A DNA stretch of 35,652 bases from a virus (Duplodnaviria; Heunggongvirae; Uroviricota; Caudoviricetes), in IMG/VR virus record IMGVR_UViG_2850773344_000006; one strand, written 5' to 3'. The position numbers and the translations under genes are program-made. A model generated the notes under the pieces. It saw only the letters and a program-made list of their open reading frames with translations. It had not been told where the DNA came from and searched no databases. Each line of letters begins with the position of its first letter. Within the stretch, counting starts at the first letter, position 1. Shown in pieces: positions 10,056-19,635 of this stretch.

Positions 10056-10410
10056 TTGCAAAGTTTGCCCCCAATTTGCCCCATTTAGTACCAGAGAACT
10101 GAAATAATGCAAGAAAATCAACAAATTACAAAGAAAGAACAATACAACCTGAACAAGTAAGGGCAAAAATCACAACTATCTGACTCATAAGTATTTTATT
10201 TATTTTTCAATATGTTAAACATTATCAGCGACAACAATAAGCTACGATAACCCACTCTTTTTTGCCCCTTATACAGCGTTTTGCCCCATTTTTGCCATCA
10301 ACAATTTTCCTCATAAAGTCATTTCAAAGCCTAATAGCTGCTCTACTTTTTTCCTCAATATCATGTCGCCAGCAGGAAACAACCTAATCCCTGTTTTAGG
10401 CCTCAAAGCT

Positions 10411-10431
10411 GTTAATGATAATTATTTTCAT
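10411..10431 (+). promoter_or_regulatory. Fur-box-like sequence upstream of sitA
   Basis: gttaatgataattattttcat resembles the GATAATGATAATCATTATC consensus (partial match). Confidence 0.5.
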
Positions 10432-10451
10432 TTTGTATAGGTTATGCTATA

Positions 10452-10473
10452 AAACATAGCCGTTGCTATGTTT
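10452..10473 (+). promoter_or_regulatory. MntR-box-like perfect palindrome upstream of sitA
   Basis: AAACATAGC-cgtt-GCTATGTTT, a perfect 9-bp inverted repeat matching the remembered MntR operator half-sites, 33 bp before the sitA ATG. Confidence 0.65.
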
Positions 10474-10505
10474 GTTCTAATTTTGCTCACTATAGGTACT
10501 AAATT

Positions 10506-11420
10506 ATGCACTCAATAAAAAAAGTAACCATGCTCTTGGGGTGCCTCGCCCTCACCTGCTCGATCGCATTTCAGGCAAGTGCAACTGAAAAATTCAAGGT
10601 CATTACAACATTTACCATCATCGCGGATATGGCCAAAAACGTGGCTGGAGATGCTGCAGAAGTCTCATCCATAACCAAGCCTGGTGCAGAAATTCATGAG
10701 TATCAGCCTACCCCTGGCGATATTAAACGTGCGCAGGGGGCACAACTGATTCTCGCCAATGGTATGAATCTGGAATTGTGGTTCCAACGCTTTTACCAGC
10801 ATCTCAATGGGGTTCCAGAAGTAATTGTCTCTTCGGGTGTGACGCCAGTAGGGATCACCGAAGGACCCTATGAGGGCAAACCTAATCCCCATGCATGGAT
10901 GTCGCCAGATAATGCTCTGATTTACGTCGATAATATTCGTGATGCGTTGATAAAATACGATCCGGCAAATGCACAAACCTACCAACGTAATGCCGATACT
11001 TATAAAGCCAAGATTACCCAAACCCTTGCCCCCCTGCGTAAGCAGATTACGGAACTCCCTGAGAATCAGCGATGGATGGTCACCAGTGAAGGGGCTTTTT
11101 CTTATCTCGCACGCGATTTGGGGCTAAAAGAGCTTTATCTGTGGCCGATTAATGCCGATCAACAAGGAACACCGCAGCAGGTACGTAAGGTTGTTGATAT
11201 AGTTAAGAAAAATCATATCCCGGCAGTCTTTAGCGAGAGTACGATTTCCGATAAACCAGCGCGTCAGGTTGCGCGTGAAACCGGCGCACACTACGGCGGT
11301 GTGCTCTATGTCGATTCCCTGAGCACAGAAAACGGCCCGGTACCTACGTATATCGACCTTCTTAAGGTTACTACCAGTACGCTGGTACAGGGAATTAAAG
11401 CCGGGAAAAGGGAGAAATAA
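10506..11420 (+). CDS. sitA: Periplasmic metal-binding protein of an Mn/Fe ABC transporter
   Basis: 304 aa with signal-peptide-like N-terminus; first gene of a four-gene operon with overlapping stops and starts. Confidence 0.85.
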   Translation: MHSIKKVTMLLGCLALTCSIAFQASATEKFKVITTFTIIADMAKNVAGDAAEVSSITKPGAEIHEYQPTPGDIKRAQGAQLILANGMNLELWFQRFYQHLNGVPEVIVSSGVTPVGITEGPYEGKPNPHAWMSPDNALIYVDNIRDALIKYDPANAQTYQRNADTYKAKITQTLAPLRKQITELPENQRWMVTSEGAFSYLARDLGLKELYLWPINADQQGTPQQVRKVVDIVKKNHIPAVFSESTISDKPARQVARETGAHYGGVLYVDSLSTENGPVPTYIDLLKVTTSTLVQGIKAGKREK

Positions 11421-12247
11421 TGATGCAATCTGCAGGCATTGTCGTTAATGATGTTACTGTCACCTGGCGTAACGGGCACACAGCACTGCGCGATGCATCC
11501 TTCACAGTACCAAGTGGATCTATTGCCGCTCTGGTTGGGGTAAACGGTTCCGGAAAATCGACGTTGTTTAAAGCGATTATGGGATTTGTGCGTCTGACCA
11601 GCGGAAAGATATCTGTTCTGGGTATTCCCACGCGACAGGCGCTACAGAAAAACCTGGTTGCCTACGTCCCTCAGTCAGAAGAGGTTGACTGGTCATTTCC
11701 TGTACTGGTGGAAGATGTGGTGATGATGGGCCGCTATGGGCATATGGGTATGTTGCGTATAGCCAAAAAGAGGGATCGTCAGATTGTCACCGATGCGCTG
11801 GAACGTGTCGATATGGTGGATTTTCGCCATCGTCAAATCGGCGAGCTTTCCGGTGGACAAAAGAAACGCGTCTTTCTGGCGAGAGCAATTGCACAGCAGG
11901 GTGATGTGATCCTGCTGGATGAACCTTTTACCGGCGTTGATGTGAAAACCGAAGCGAAAATCATCAGCCTGTTGAGGGAGTTACGCGCGGAAGGCAAAAC
12001 GATGCTTGTCTCAACGCACAATCTCGGCTCAGTCACGACATTTTGCGATTATACGGTCATGGTCAAAGGCACCGTCCTGGCAAGCGGGCCGACAGACACC
12101 ACTTTTACAGCCGAGAACCTGGAGCTGGCTTTTAGCGGCGTACTGCGCCATGTCACACTTAACGGCTCGGAAGAAAGCATTATTACTGACGATGAACGCC
12201 CTTTTGTGGCACATCGACCGTCAGCGGTGCAGAGGGAAGCAAGATGA
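11420..12247 (+). CDS. sitB: ABC transporter ATP-binding protein
   Basis: Walker [10 protein letters not shown], signature LSGGQKKR, Walker B ILLDEP; start overlaps the sitA stop (TAATG). Confidence 0.85.
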   Translation: MMQSAGIVVNDVTVTWRNGHTALRDASFTVPSGSIAALVGVNGSGKSTLFKAIMGFVRLTSGKISVLGIPTRQALQKNLVAYVPQSEEVDWSFPVLVEDVVMMGRYGHMGMLRIAKKRDRQIVTDALERVDMVDFRHRQIGELSGGQKKRVFLARAIAQQGDVILLDEPFTGVDVKTEAKIISLLRELRAEGKTMLVSTHNLGSVTTFCDYTVMVKGTVLASGPTDTTFTAENLELAFSGVLRHVTLNGSEESIITDDERPFVAHRPSAVQREAR

Positions 12248-13101
12248 ACGTGCTACTGGAACCCTTCAGCTATGAATATATGCTCAATGCGATGTGGGTC
12301 TCGGCAATGGTCGGCGGTCTCTGCGCTTTCCTGTCATGCTATTTGATGCTAAAAGGCTGGTCGCTGATTGGCGATGCGCTGTCGCACTCTATTGTCCCGG
12401 GTGTTGCGGGGGCATATATGCTGGGGCTTCCGTTTTCTCTGGGAGCCTTCTTTTCCGGCGGACTGGCAGCGGGCAGCATGCTGTTTCTTAACCAACGCAC
12501 CCGCTTAAAAGAAGATGCCATCATCGGCCTGATCTTCTCGTCCTTTTTTGGCCTGGGGCTGTTTATGGTGTCATTGAACCCGACATCCGTGAACATTCAG
12601 ACCATCGTCCTAGGCAATATTCTGGCAATCGATCCGGCGGATATCCTGCAACTCACTATCATTGGCATTCTCTCGATCATCGTGCTTTTTTTCAAATGGA
12701 AAGATCTTATGGTGACCTTTTTCGACGAGAATCACGCCCGTGCTATTGGATTACATCCGGGCAGATTAAAAATCCTCTTCTTCACCCTGCTGTCGGTTTC
12801 GACCGTTGCGGCGCTGCAAACGGTTGGTGCCTTTCTGGTGATCTGTCTGGTGGTGACTCCCGGTGCAACAGCATGGTTGTTAACCGATCGTTTTCCCCGC
12901 CTGCTCATAATTGCTGTAACTATTGGCAGTGTAACCAGTTTCCTCGGCGCGTGGGTCAGTTACTTTCTGGACGGCGCGACAGGTGGAATCATCGTGGTGG
13001 CGCAGACACTGCTGTTTCTTTTAGCATTTGTATTTGCGCCCACCCATGGACTTTTGGCAAATCGTCGGCGTGCGCATAAAGCGCTGGAGGATCGCTCATG
13101 A
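12244..13101 (+). CDS. sitC: ABC transporter permease
   Basis: 285-aa hydrophobic multi-span protein; start overlaps sitB stop. Confidence 0.85.
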   Translation: MNVLLEPFSYEYMLNAMWVSAMVGGLCAFLSCYLMLKGWSLIGDALSHSIVPGVAGAYMLGLPFSLGAFFSGGLAAGSMLFLNQRTRLKEDAIIGLIFSSFFGLGLFMVSLNPTSVNIQTIVLGNILAIDPADILQLTIIGILSIIVLFFKWKDLMVTFFDENHARAIGLHPGRLKILFFTLLSVSTVAALQTVGAFLVICLVVTPGATAWLLTDRFPRLLIIAVTIGSVTSFLGAWVSYFLDGATGGIIVVAQTLLFLLAFVFAPTHGLLANRRRAHKALEDRS

Positions 13102-13955
13102 TGGCATTATTACTGGAGCCACTGCAGTTCACCTTTATGAGTCACGCACTGCTGATTTCACTGGTAGTTTCCATACCCTGTGCGCTGCTGTCGGTCTTTC
13201 TGGTCCTGAAAGGTTGGGCACTGATGGGTGACGCGATGAGTCATGCGGTTTTTCCTGGCATCGTGCTTACCTGGATTCTGGGGTTACCTCTGGCTACAGG
13301 GGCATTCGTCGCCGGAGTATTCTGCGCGGTGGCGACGGGATACCTGAAAGACAACAGCCGAATCAAGCAAGATACAGTTATGGGGATTGTTTTTTCTGGC
13401 ATGTTTGCCGCAGGTCTGATCTTGTATATTGCAATTAAACCAGACGTACATCTTGACCATATTCTTTTCGGCGACATGCTCGGGATAACCATCGGCGATA
13501 TAATCCAGACGGTGATTATTGCCGGGCTGGTTACACTTGTTATTAGCGTAAAATGGCGGGATTTTTTGCTGTTCAGCTTTGATTATCAACAGGCGCAGGT
13601 AAGCGGTTTGCATACGAGATGGCTGCATTATGGGCTGCTGTGCATGGTTTCCCTGACCATTGTGGCGACGCTGAAAGCAGTAGGTATCATTCTCTCTATT
13701 TCTCTGCTCATTGCGCCTGGCGCCATTGCAGTACTCCTGACACAACGCTTTCATATTGCGCTCCTACTGGCGACTGGCATATCGGTAATAGTGTCAATGA
13801 CTGGTGTCTGGCTGTCCTTTTTTATCGACAGCGCACCAGCTCCGACGATTGTCGTCTTATTCGCGGTCGTGTTCATCATGACGTTTACCGTTACCAGCAT
13901 CAACGCACGCACAAAGGGAAACGCCCATACACAGGATCTGTTATCACCCAATTAG
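13098..13955 (+). CDS. sitD: ABC transporter permease
   Basis: 285-aa hydrophobic paralogue of the preceding permease. Confidence 0.85.
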   Translation: MMALLLEPLQFTFMSHALLISLVVSIPCALLSVFLVLKGWALMGDAMSHAVFPGIVLTWILGLPLATGAFVAGVFCAVATGYLKDNSRIKQDTVMGIVFSGMFAAGLILYIAIKPDVHLDHILFGDMLGITIGDIIQTVIIAGLVTLVISVKWRDFLLFSFDYQQAQVSGLHTRWLHYGLLCMVSLTIVATLKAVGIILSISLLIAPGAIAVLLTQRFHIALLLATGISVIVSMTGVWLSFFIDSAPAPTIVVLFAVVFIMTFTVTSINARTKGNAHTQDLLSPN

Positions 13956-14080
13956 CACAACATCCGAGGACAGCATCGTCCGCCAGCCTACAGAAGTCCG
14001 GAAAGCCATGGAAGGTCGTTGGGAGGAGGTACGAATTCTATCATGCAAAAAATACGTAAAATCGATAACGCCTAGAAATC

Positions 14081-14170
14081 ATTCAATACTCGCACTATCG
14101 AAAGTTTACCAGCCAACCGCGGCACGTTCCTGCATACGACGTGCCGCAGCTTCTGTTATTCCACGATAAA
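14081..14170. repeat. Roughly 90-bp conserved hairpin element, copy B
   Basis: 8-bp stem GCGGCACG/CGTGCCGC at 14119..14147; aligns with 2585..2672. Lies between the sitD stop and the tfa copy 2 stop. Confidence 0.6.
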
Positions 14171-14779
14171 ATTCCTAACCGAATTCAAATCCTTCAGACT
14201 ATTCAGCTCTTCCTTCAGCTCCCGCTGACGGCGATAAATCTCATCGTTGCGATCGACCTGCGCCTGCACCATTGCTGCCGCCAGTTCTTCCAGTTCCGGC
14301 ATCGACAGTTTCACCTGCTGATTATCGGCATCGCTCCACGCCATATGTGTTTGTGCTGTGACAGATTTTGCCAGCATGACTACCGGGGACAGGCGGCCCA
14401 GTGAGTCGGGACCAGCATTCCAGATACGACCGTTCCATTCAAACGTGAACAGCTTCGCCTCCTGTTCTGCGCGCCATGCTTCAATTTCCTGACGTCTGGC
14501 CTCTCTGGCCGCTTCCAGCATTTCTGGTGTCACAGTGAATGGGGCTATCTCACCCCATTTGCCACTTTGCAGTTCCTGCCAGATTCGCTGACCCGTCGGT
14601 GCGACATCATCAGCGGTGGCTGTGTAGGGGACTGCTTGGTCCCTGTCGTCAAAAAAAACGTCACAGTCTACTGCGCCACTTTCGGTATAACGGGGATTAA
14701 TGATTTTTTTAATTTCCACGGTGCATTCCTCACGATGTGCGAATAAAAAGCCCGGGCATTGCGCCAGAGACATGAGCAT
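14156..14779 (-). CDS. Phage tail-fibre-associated protein (putative tail fibre assembly or chaperone), copy 2
   Basis: 207-aa paralogue of 4776..5399; 14223..14897 is near-identical to 4843..5517. Confidence 0.5.
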   Translation of the reverse strand: MLMSLAQCPGFLFAHREECTVEIKKIINPRYTESGAVDCDVFFDDRDQAVPYTATADDVAPTGQRIWQELQSGKWGEIAPFTVTPEMLEAAREARRQEIEAWRAEQEAKLFTFEWNGRIWNAGPDSLGRLSPVVMLAKSVTAQTHMAWSDADNQQVKLSMPELEELAAAMVQAQVDRNDEIYRRQRELKEELNSLKDLNSVRNFIVE

Positions 14780-15993
14780 CCGGCACCCCGGACAGGGCGC
14801 AATATGACCCCGGTAATGAATGCTCTGAACATCCCGTAATGAAAAATTGTGGGGATGCTATATACGTTCCGGTGGGAGTACTGGGCACTGAAATCCCCAC
14901 CGGTCCCAGTCGTGAGCCTCTGTATGACTGCCCCCTGACAAGTCTGATGACTTTATCACCGTCAGCTTCTCCCTGGTACGCAGCAATAATCAGCCCGCCA
15001 ATGTCAGGGTCTCCCCATCTGTTGCGGACAGAGCTCGCCACGATTCTGTAAATAATATCTTCTGTGGTTATATTTATTTTCACCCAGTCAGTCTGGATAT
15101 GGGCCAGTAGCGGTAGCGGGTGTGATAAATGGGGCCGTTAATGCCGTAAAAAGTAAGGGATTTGGCTCTGTACCGCGGTTCTGTTGTCTCAGGGCGTGCA
15201 TCAGTCCACCGGATGCTGAGCACCCCTTCAAACCGTGTGTCGGGTATGATGATGCCGTAGGGGCCAGCAACGGAATATTCACCTGGCAGCGCATTCCTTA
15301 CCCAGGCCAGGAAATCACTCTTAGTGTCAAAACGGATAACATCTTCAGGCAGAAAAGCACACCCAAAGCCGAATGCGCCGGGTATCGCCAGACGGCCTTT
15401 TGTCCGGTCGTAAATGTCGCTCTGTGCTTCCATCGTGGCCGCACTTTTCAGCCCCAGATTATCCCGGGACTTCTGTTGTGCCTTTTCGCCTGCTGCTGCG
15501 ATTTCAGACAGATGGTTAGCCGTTTTCAGAGTGCCGGTCAGCGCAGCATCAATGTCATTTTTGGCCTGCTCTGCTGCGCGGGCATAACCTGCGGCTGCCG
15601 CCACATCCTGCGCCGTCTGCTGTGCGTTTCCGGCTGCGGCCCCGGCGCTCTGCTGCGCCTGCGCCACCATTTCCTCAAAGCGTTTGACGACATCCGGTTT
15701 CAGGTCGCCCTCATCAGGAGCAATCAGAAAGTCATTCAGCGTACCGGGCTTTGAGTCCTCATATACAGCAATGTCGCCAACGTTGTACTCGTTGTGCCAG
15801 TCCTGTTTCAGATACACACCATATTTCCAGTCCGCGCATGGAAACAGTATTCACCATCGTTTCCTGTCATCACATCAGCAACAGTGTGCATCACCACTTC
15901 CGGGGTGTTTACCCGGGATTTCAGAATAATATGGTATCCGGACATGGAGATACCTGCGCCATCAGTCAGCGCACCTGATATCACTACAGACAT
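14730..15993 (-). pseudogene. Lambda Stf-like side tail fibre gene, shortened and broken by at least two frame changes
   Basis: N-terminal ORF 15808..15993 (MSVVISGALTDGAGISMSGYHIILKSRVNTPEVV...) and ORF 15080..15817 (...VYEDSKPGTLNDFL...) resemble the remembered lambda Stf N-terminus; the C-terminal piece 14730..15083 is in a third frame. Confidence 0.6.
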
Positions 15994-16016
15994 AGTTTTT
16001 CTCGCGATAAATTAAA

Positions 16017-16504
16017 TCAGGAAGAAATTTCCGGAGAAGCGGGCCATTCAATGGCGTTGTATGAGGTTTTATCAGTGATGACACTGAAATCCATCGCCTG
16101 CAGCGATTTCGCGTAAATGCGGTACGCTTTCAGTTTTTCCCGGTCTTCGTCGCTGATTAGCCCCAGCAACAGGTCTTCTTCCCATTCCCCTGTCCGGGCA
16201 CTGACCTGAGCCAGAAGGGCATCACGCTCATCTTCCGCTTTGAGTCTGTAGTCAAAGACAAATTCATCATTGCGGTAAAACCAGTAACCCGGCGCGGTAA
16301 TGCGGCGGTTGGCGGTAATATCAGGAACTTCAATAACACTGGCGTTACGGGGTTCAATGCCTGTCACATCCTTACCGACCCACACCACGCGACCGTCTCC
16401 GGTGTAAGTTATTTTAATTGTGTCCTGGCGAAATTCTTCAGCTCTTCATACCAGTTTTTTCCGTCTTCTGAAAAAAGCCAGGTGACCGAATATCGTTTTG
16501 TCAT
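16017..16504 (-). pseudogene. Tail fibre assembly protein gene with an internal stop or frameshift
   Basis: ATG at 16504 gives [25 protein letters not shown]... then a stop; ORF 16017..16388 continues with ...EVPDITANRR...EDERDALLAQ...REKLKAYRIYAKSLQ, typical of Tfa C-termini. Confidence 0.6.
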
Positions 16505-16584
16505 CTGATATTGTTCTGCTGTTTTCGGATTACCCGTAGTAATATTTTTTAAATGCAACATTGTTAAATACTCGCTACGTTATA

Positions 16585-16937
16585 CTAGGTGCCATTAATC
16601 AGTTTTTGCAGTGGTCGGTAATACACACCGTCAACGTTATCCGCTGAGTTACGGCCGGTATCCGATATCGCCATCCCTGACAGCCCGTGTCCCGAAGGTG
16701 CGCAAAATCTCCACGAAACGGTGTTACTGCCGGGGCTGTAATACATTTCATGGCCATACCGTACATCCTGTACCCCCTCTGTTCGATATTTATAGCGGGC
16801 ATCGAAGTTTCCGTCATTTAACGGAATTACCTGTCCGTTAACAGTGAACACTATGCTGTTATCCGGGTTTCTCTGGCTGAAAAAATGCCAGCCTGAATCA
16901 TCGCCAAGCTCTGCAACAACAGGCCTGGATGGATTAC
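16585..16937 (-). pseudogene. 3' fragment of a tail fibre gene truncated by IS600 copy 2
   Basis: The track ORF 16585..16953 starts inside the IS600 end; the phage-derived part begins at the IS boundary (16937). Confidence 0.5.
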
Positions 16938-17884
16938 TGAGGTGTACTGGCAATAGCGGACACTACCATTTGTTCTTTTTTTAAGCAGCCATCTGATGAT
17001 ATTTTTCCCTGAAGGCTGCCGGGGATATTCCCCAGACGAGAGTGACGACGCTGACGATTGTAGAAAATCTCAATGTATTCCCGTATTACTGAGATGGCTT
17101 CATCCCGGTTATTAAAACGATAGTGGCTCAGGCTCTCATTTTTCAGCGTTCCCCAGAAGCTTTCCATCGGAGCGTTGTCGTAACAGTTACCTTTACGCGA
17201 CATTGATGTTTTCAGACCAGACTGCTCCTGTATGACCCGGTAATCGTATGCGCAGTACTGTGAACCTCGATCAGAGTGGTGGATTAGCCCGGCAGGTGGG
17301 CGCTGGCTCCTGAGCGCCATAAACAGGGCTTTACCTGTCAGCTCTTTTGTCATGCGCTCTCCCATGGCGTAGCCGACAATTTCGCACGTATAAACATCTT
17401 TGATGCCAGCGAGGTACAACCATCCCTCCTGTGTGGCAACATACGTCAGGTCCGCCACCCAGACCTGATTTGGTGCTGTAGGAGCGAACGTCTGGTTCAG
17501 CAGATTTGGCGCAACTGGCAGATTGTGGTTCGGGTTCGTAGTCGCTCTGAACTTGCGTTTCTGCTTACAGCGTAGCCTCAGCTCCTTACGAAGACGTGCC
17601 AGTCGGTCACGACCAACGATGATGCCATTCTCTGCCAGCTCCGTCTGGAGCCGCCGGGTTCCATATGTTTCGCGAGTGCGGATATGTGCCACCTTAATCT
17701 CCAGTTTTAGCCGCTCATCACTTTGTTTTCTGTCTGAGGGTTCATGCTGTACCCAGTTGTAATAACCGCTCCTGGATACACCAAATACCTGACACATCGC
17801 TTCAATGGGAAATTGTTGTCGCCATTGTTCGATTAACGCGTATTTTTCAGCGACTCCTGTGCAAAATACGCTGTTGCTTTTTTT
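16938..17884 (-). mobile_element. IS600, copy 2, truncated (orfA side replaced by IS1 B)
   Basis: End TGAGGTGTACTGG at 16938; identity to other copies stops at the T7 run at 17878-17884, where IS1 begins. Confidence 0.85.
16981..17797 (-). pseudogene. IS600 orfB, frameshifted (2-bp loss at the same site as copy 1)
   Basis: gccggggatattcccc versus gccggggagatattcccc in the intact copies; C-terminus becomes ...RLGNIPGSLQGKISSDG... Confidence 0.8.
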
Positions 17885-17899
17885 GGTAATGACTCCAAC

Positions 17900-18403
17900 T
17901 TACTGATAGTGTTTTATGTTCAGATAATGCCCGATGACCTTGTCATGCAGCTCCACCGATTTTGAGAACGACAGTGACTTCCGTCCCAGCCTTGCCAGAT
18001 GTTGTCTCAGATTCAGATTATGTCGCTCAATGCGCTGAGTGTAACGCTTGCTGATAACGTGCAGCTTTCCCTTCAGGCGTGATTCATACAGCGGACAGCC
18101 ATCCGTCATCCATACCACGACCTCAAAGGCCGACAGCAGGCTCAGAAGACGCTCCAGTGTGGCCAGAGTGCGTTCACCGAAGACGTGCGCCACAACCGTC
18201 CTCCGTATCCTGTCATACGCGTAAAACAGCCAGCGCTGACGTGATTTAGCACCGACGTAGCCCCAATGTTCGTCCATTTCAGCGCAGACAATCACATCAC
18301 TGCCCGGTTGTATGCGCGAGGTTACCGACTGCGGCCTGAGTTTTTTAAGTGACGTAAAACCGTGTTGAGGCCAACGCCCATAATGCGTGCACTGGCGCGA
18401 CAT
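17900..18403 (-). CDS. insB: IS1 InsB
   Basis: Identical 167-aa ORF. Confidence 0.9.
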   Translation of the reverse strand: MSRQCTHYGRWPQHGFTSLKKLRPQSVTSRIQPGSDVIVCAEMDEHWGYVGAKSRQRWLFYAYDRIRRTVVAHVFGERTLATLERLLSLLSAFEVVVWMTDGCPLYESRLKGKLHVISKRYTQRIERHNLNLRQHLARLGRKSLSFSKSVELHDKVIGHYLNIKHYQ

Positions 18404-18597
18404 CCGACGCCATTCATGGCCATATCAATGATTTTCTTGTGCGTACCGGGCTGAGAGGCGGTGTAAGTGAACTGTAGTTGCCATGTTTTACGGCAATGAG
18501 AGCAGAGATTGCGCTGATGTCCGGCAGTGCTTTTGCCGTTACGCACCACGCCTTCAGTAGCGGAGCAGGAAGGACATCTGATGGAAATGGAAGCCAC
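18322..18597 (-). CDS. insA: IS1 InsA
   Basis: 91 aa; one substitution (R to N at residue 29) relative to copies A and C. Confidence 0.9.
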   Translation of the reverse strand: MASISIRCPSCSATEGVVRNGKSTAGHQRNLCSHCRKTWQLQFTYTASQPGTHKKIIDMAMNGVGCRASARIMGVGLNTVLRHLKNSGRSR

Positions 18598-18652
18598 GCA
18601 AGCACCTTAAAATCACCATCATACACTAAATCAGTAAGTTGGCAGCATTACC

Positions 18653-18808
18653 CGCGTTAAGTTCTTCGAGCATCTTACGAATATCACGAAGGACATTTCG
18701 GTGCTCGTTGCCTGTCAGCTCAGCAATTTCAACTGAGGTCATGGACACAAGCTGGTCGAGGTTAATGATGCTGATTTCTTGTTGTGGTTGTTGTGGTTGT
18801 TGAGACAT
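18653..18808 (-). pseudogene. 5' fragment of a Rha-family phage regulatory protein gene, truncated by IS1 B
   Basis: MSQQPQQPQQEISIINLDQLVSMTSVEIAELTGNEHRNVLRDIRKMLEELNA, then the IS1 end; N-terminal motif resembles the Rha/ORF6N family (from memory). AGGAAA ribosome-binding site 7 nt upstream. Confidence 0.55.
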
Positions 18809-18969
18809 CGCTTGATTTCCTTTTTGTTTGCACCCTGAAGTCGCCCCCCCACTGACCTACTCAAAGTCCCCAAGCGAAGGGAGACCAGCAGGACAACAGG
18901 ATGCAAACAGAATGACTTTGAGATTGAATACTATGATGATGACGATGTAGCTGTGCGGAGCTACTGGGA

Positions 18970-19190
18970 GGGTCTCTCTAGGAGCCACTCTAGGGTCTCT
19001 CTAGGCATCAGGCTATACGAAACTACAGGGCATCCTAAAGAATGACGTACAGGGCCATAGAGGACCATAGAGGGCCATAGAGTTAGCTTCTGGGGGTAAT
19101 GCCTAGAGGAGACCCTAGAGGAGACCCTAGAGAGACCTATAGAGAGACCATAGAGAAGACCTATAGAGAGACCCTAGAGAAGACCTATAG
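18970..19190. repeat. Arrays of short degenerate tandem repeats (units CC(C)TA(T)AGAG / GGTCTC)
   Basis: Seven consecutive 11-13 bp units (GAGACCCTAGAG, AGACCTATAGAG, AGACCATAGAG...) at 19104..19190; three CCATAGAG units at 19049..19081; two GGGTCTCTCTAGG at 18970..19004. Non-coding. Confidence 0.85.
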
Positions 19191-19239
19191 GTTTGGTGAT
19201 TGATTATTATAAATATCATCACCCCTTAAGGTATTCCCT

Positions 19240-19335
19240 TAGAGTTAATCTTTAATTGGTCTTTAATTAAATCTTTTATTTAATACTTAAAGTTAATCTC
19301 TAATTGTGTCTTTAAGTTAACTTTAAGTTAAGCCC
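19240..19335. other. AT-rich block with reiterated CTTTAA(G/T)TTA motifs
   Basis: tctttaattggtctttaattaaatcttttatttaatacttaaagttaatctctaattgtgtctttaagttaactttaagttaag; lies between the T7-type promoter and the tandem repeats. Confidence 0.7.
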
Positions 19336-19525
19336 CTGTAGGGACTAGAGACCATAATTAAGATGATTGTGTCTTATTGCTATTCACTTATCGACTGACC
19401 CAGAGCACACAGGAAGCATTCACTTTAAGTAGAACGCTTGGTGTCTGTAATTGGTCATCCCGCCCCTGAAAGGATGCGATAAGTTACGGTTAGTTGTCCT
19501 AGAAGAGAAAACTTTTTGTGTCCCT

Positions 19526-19548
19526 TCTCCCTATAGTGAGTCGTATTA
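19526..19548 (-). promoter_or_regulatory. Exact T7 RNA polymerase class III promoter consensus (TAATACGACTCACTATAGGGAGA), firing leftward
   Basis: Plus strand reads tctccctatagtgagtcgtatta, a 23/23 match to the T7 consensus; predicted +1 G at 19531; 88 bp downstream of the int stop. Confidence 0.75.
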
Positions 19549-19635
19549 ATTATCCTTGACAAGTAGAGAAAACTATGAGTCAAAAACATGACCACACAGG
19601 TCTGTAGTAAGTGTCATCCTAGACTATGGTCTCCT

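Larger units (their letters stand above)
17885..18652 (-). mobile_element. IS1, copy B (768 bp)
   Basis: Canonical IS1 ends; flanked on one side by truncated IS600 and on the other by a truncated rha-like gene; no target duplication. Confidence 0.9.

Noticed and set aside
10486-10496. CTCACTATAGG, the 11-nt core of the T7 promoter, immediately upstream of the sitA start codon
   Set aside because: Only the core matches; the specificity region upstream is entirely different (aattttg instead of TAATACGA), and the sequence overlaps the sitA ribosome-binding region. Most likely a chance match, unlike the 23/23 match at 19526-19548.
18970-19190. Tandem short repeats considered as a possible CRISPR array
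   Set aside because: Units are 8-13 bp, degenerate and directly adjacent with no unique spacers; no cas genes nearby. Better explained as iteron, arm-site or T7-type end repeats.
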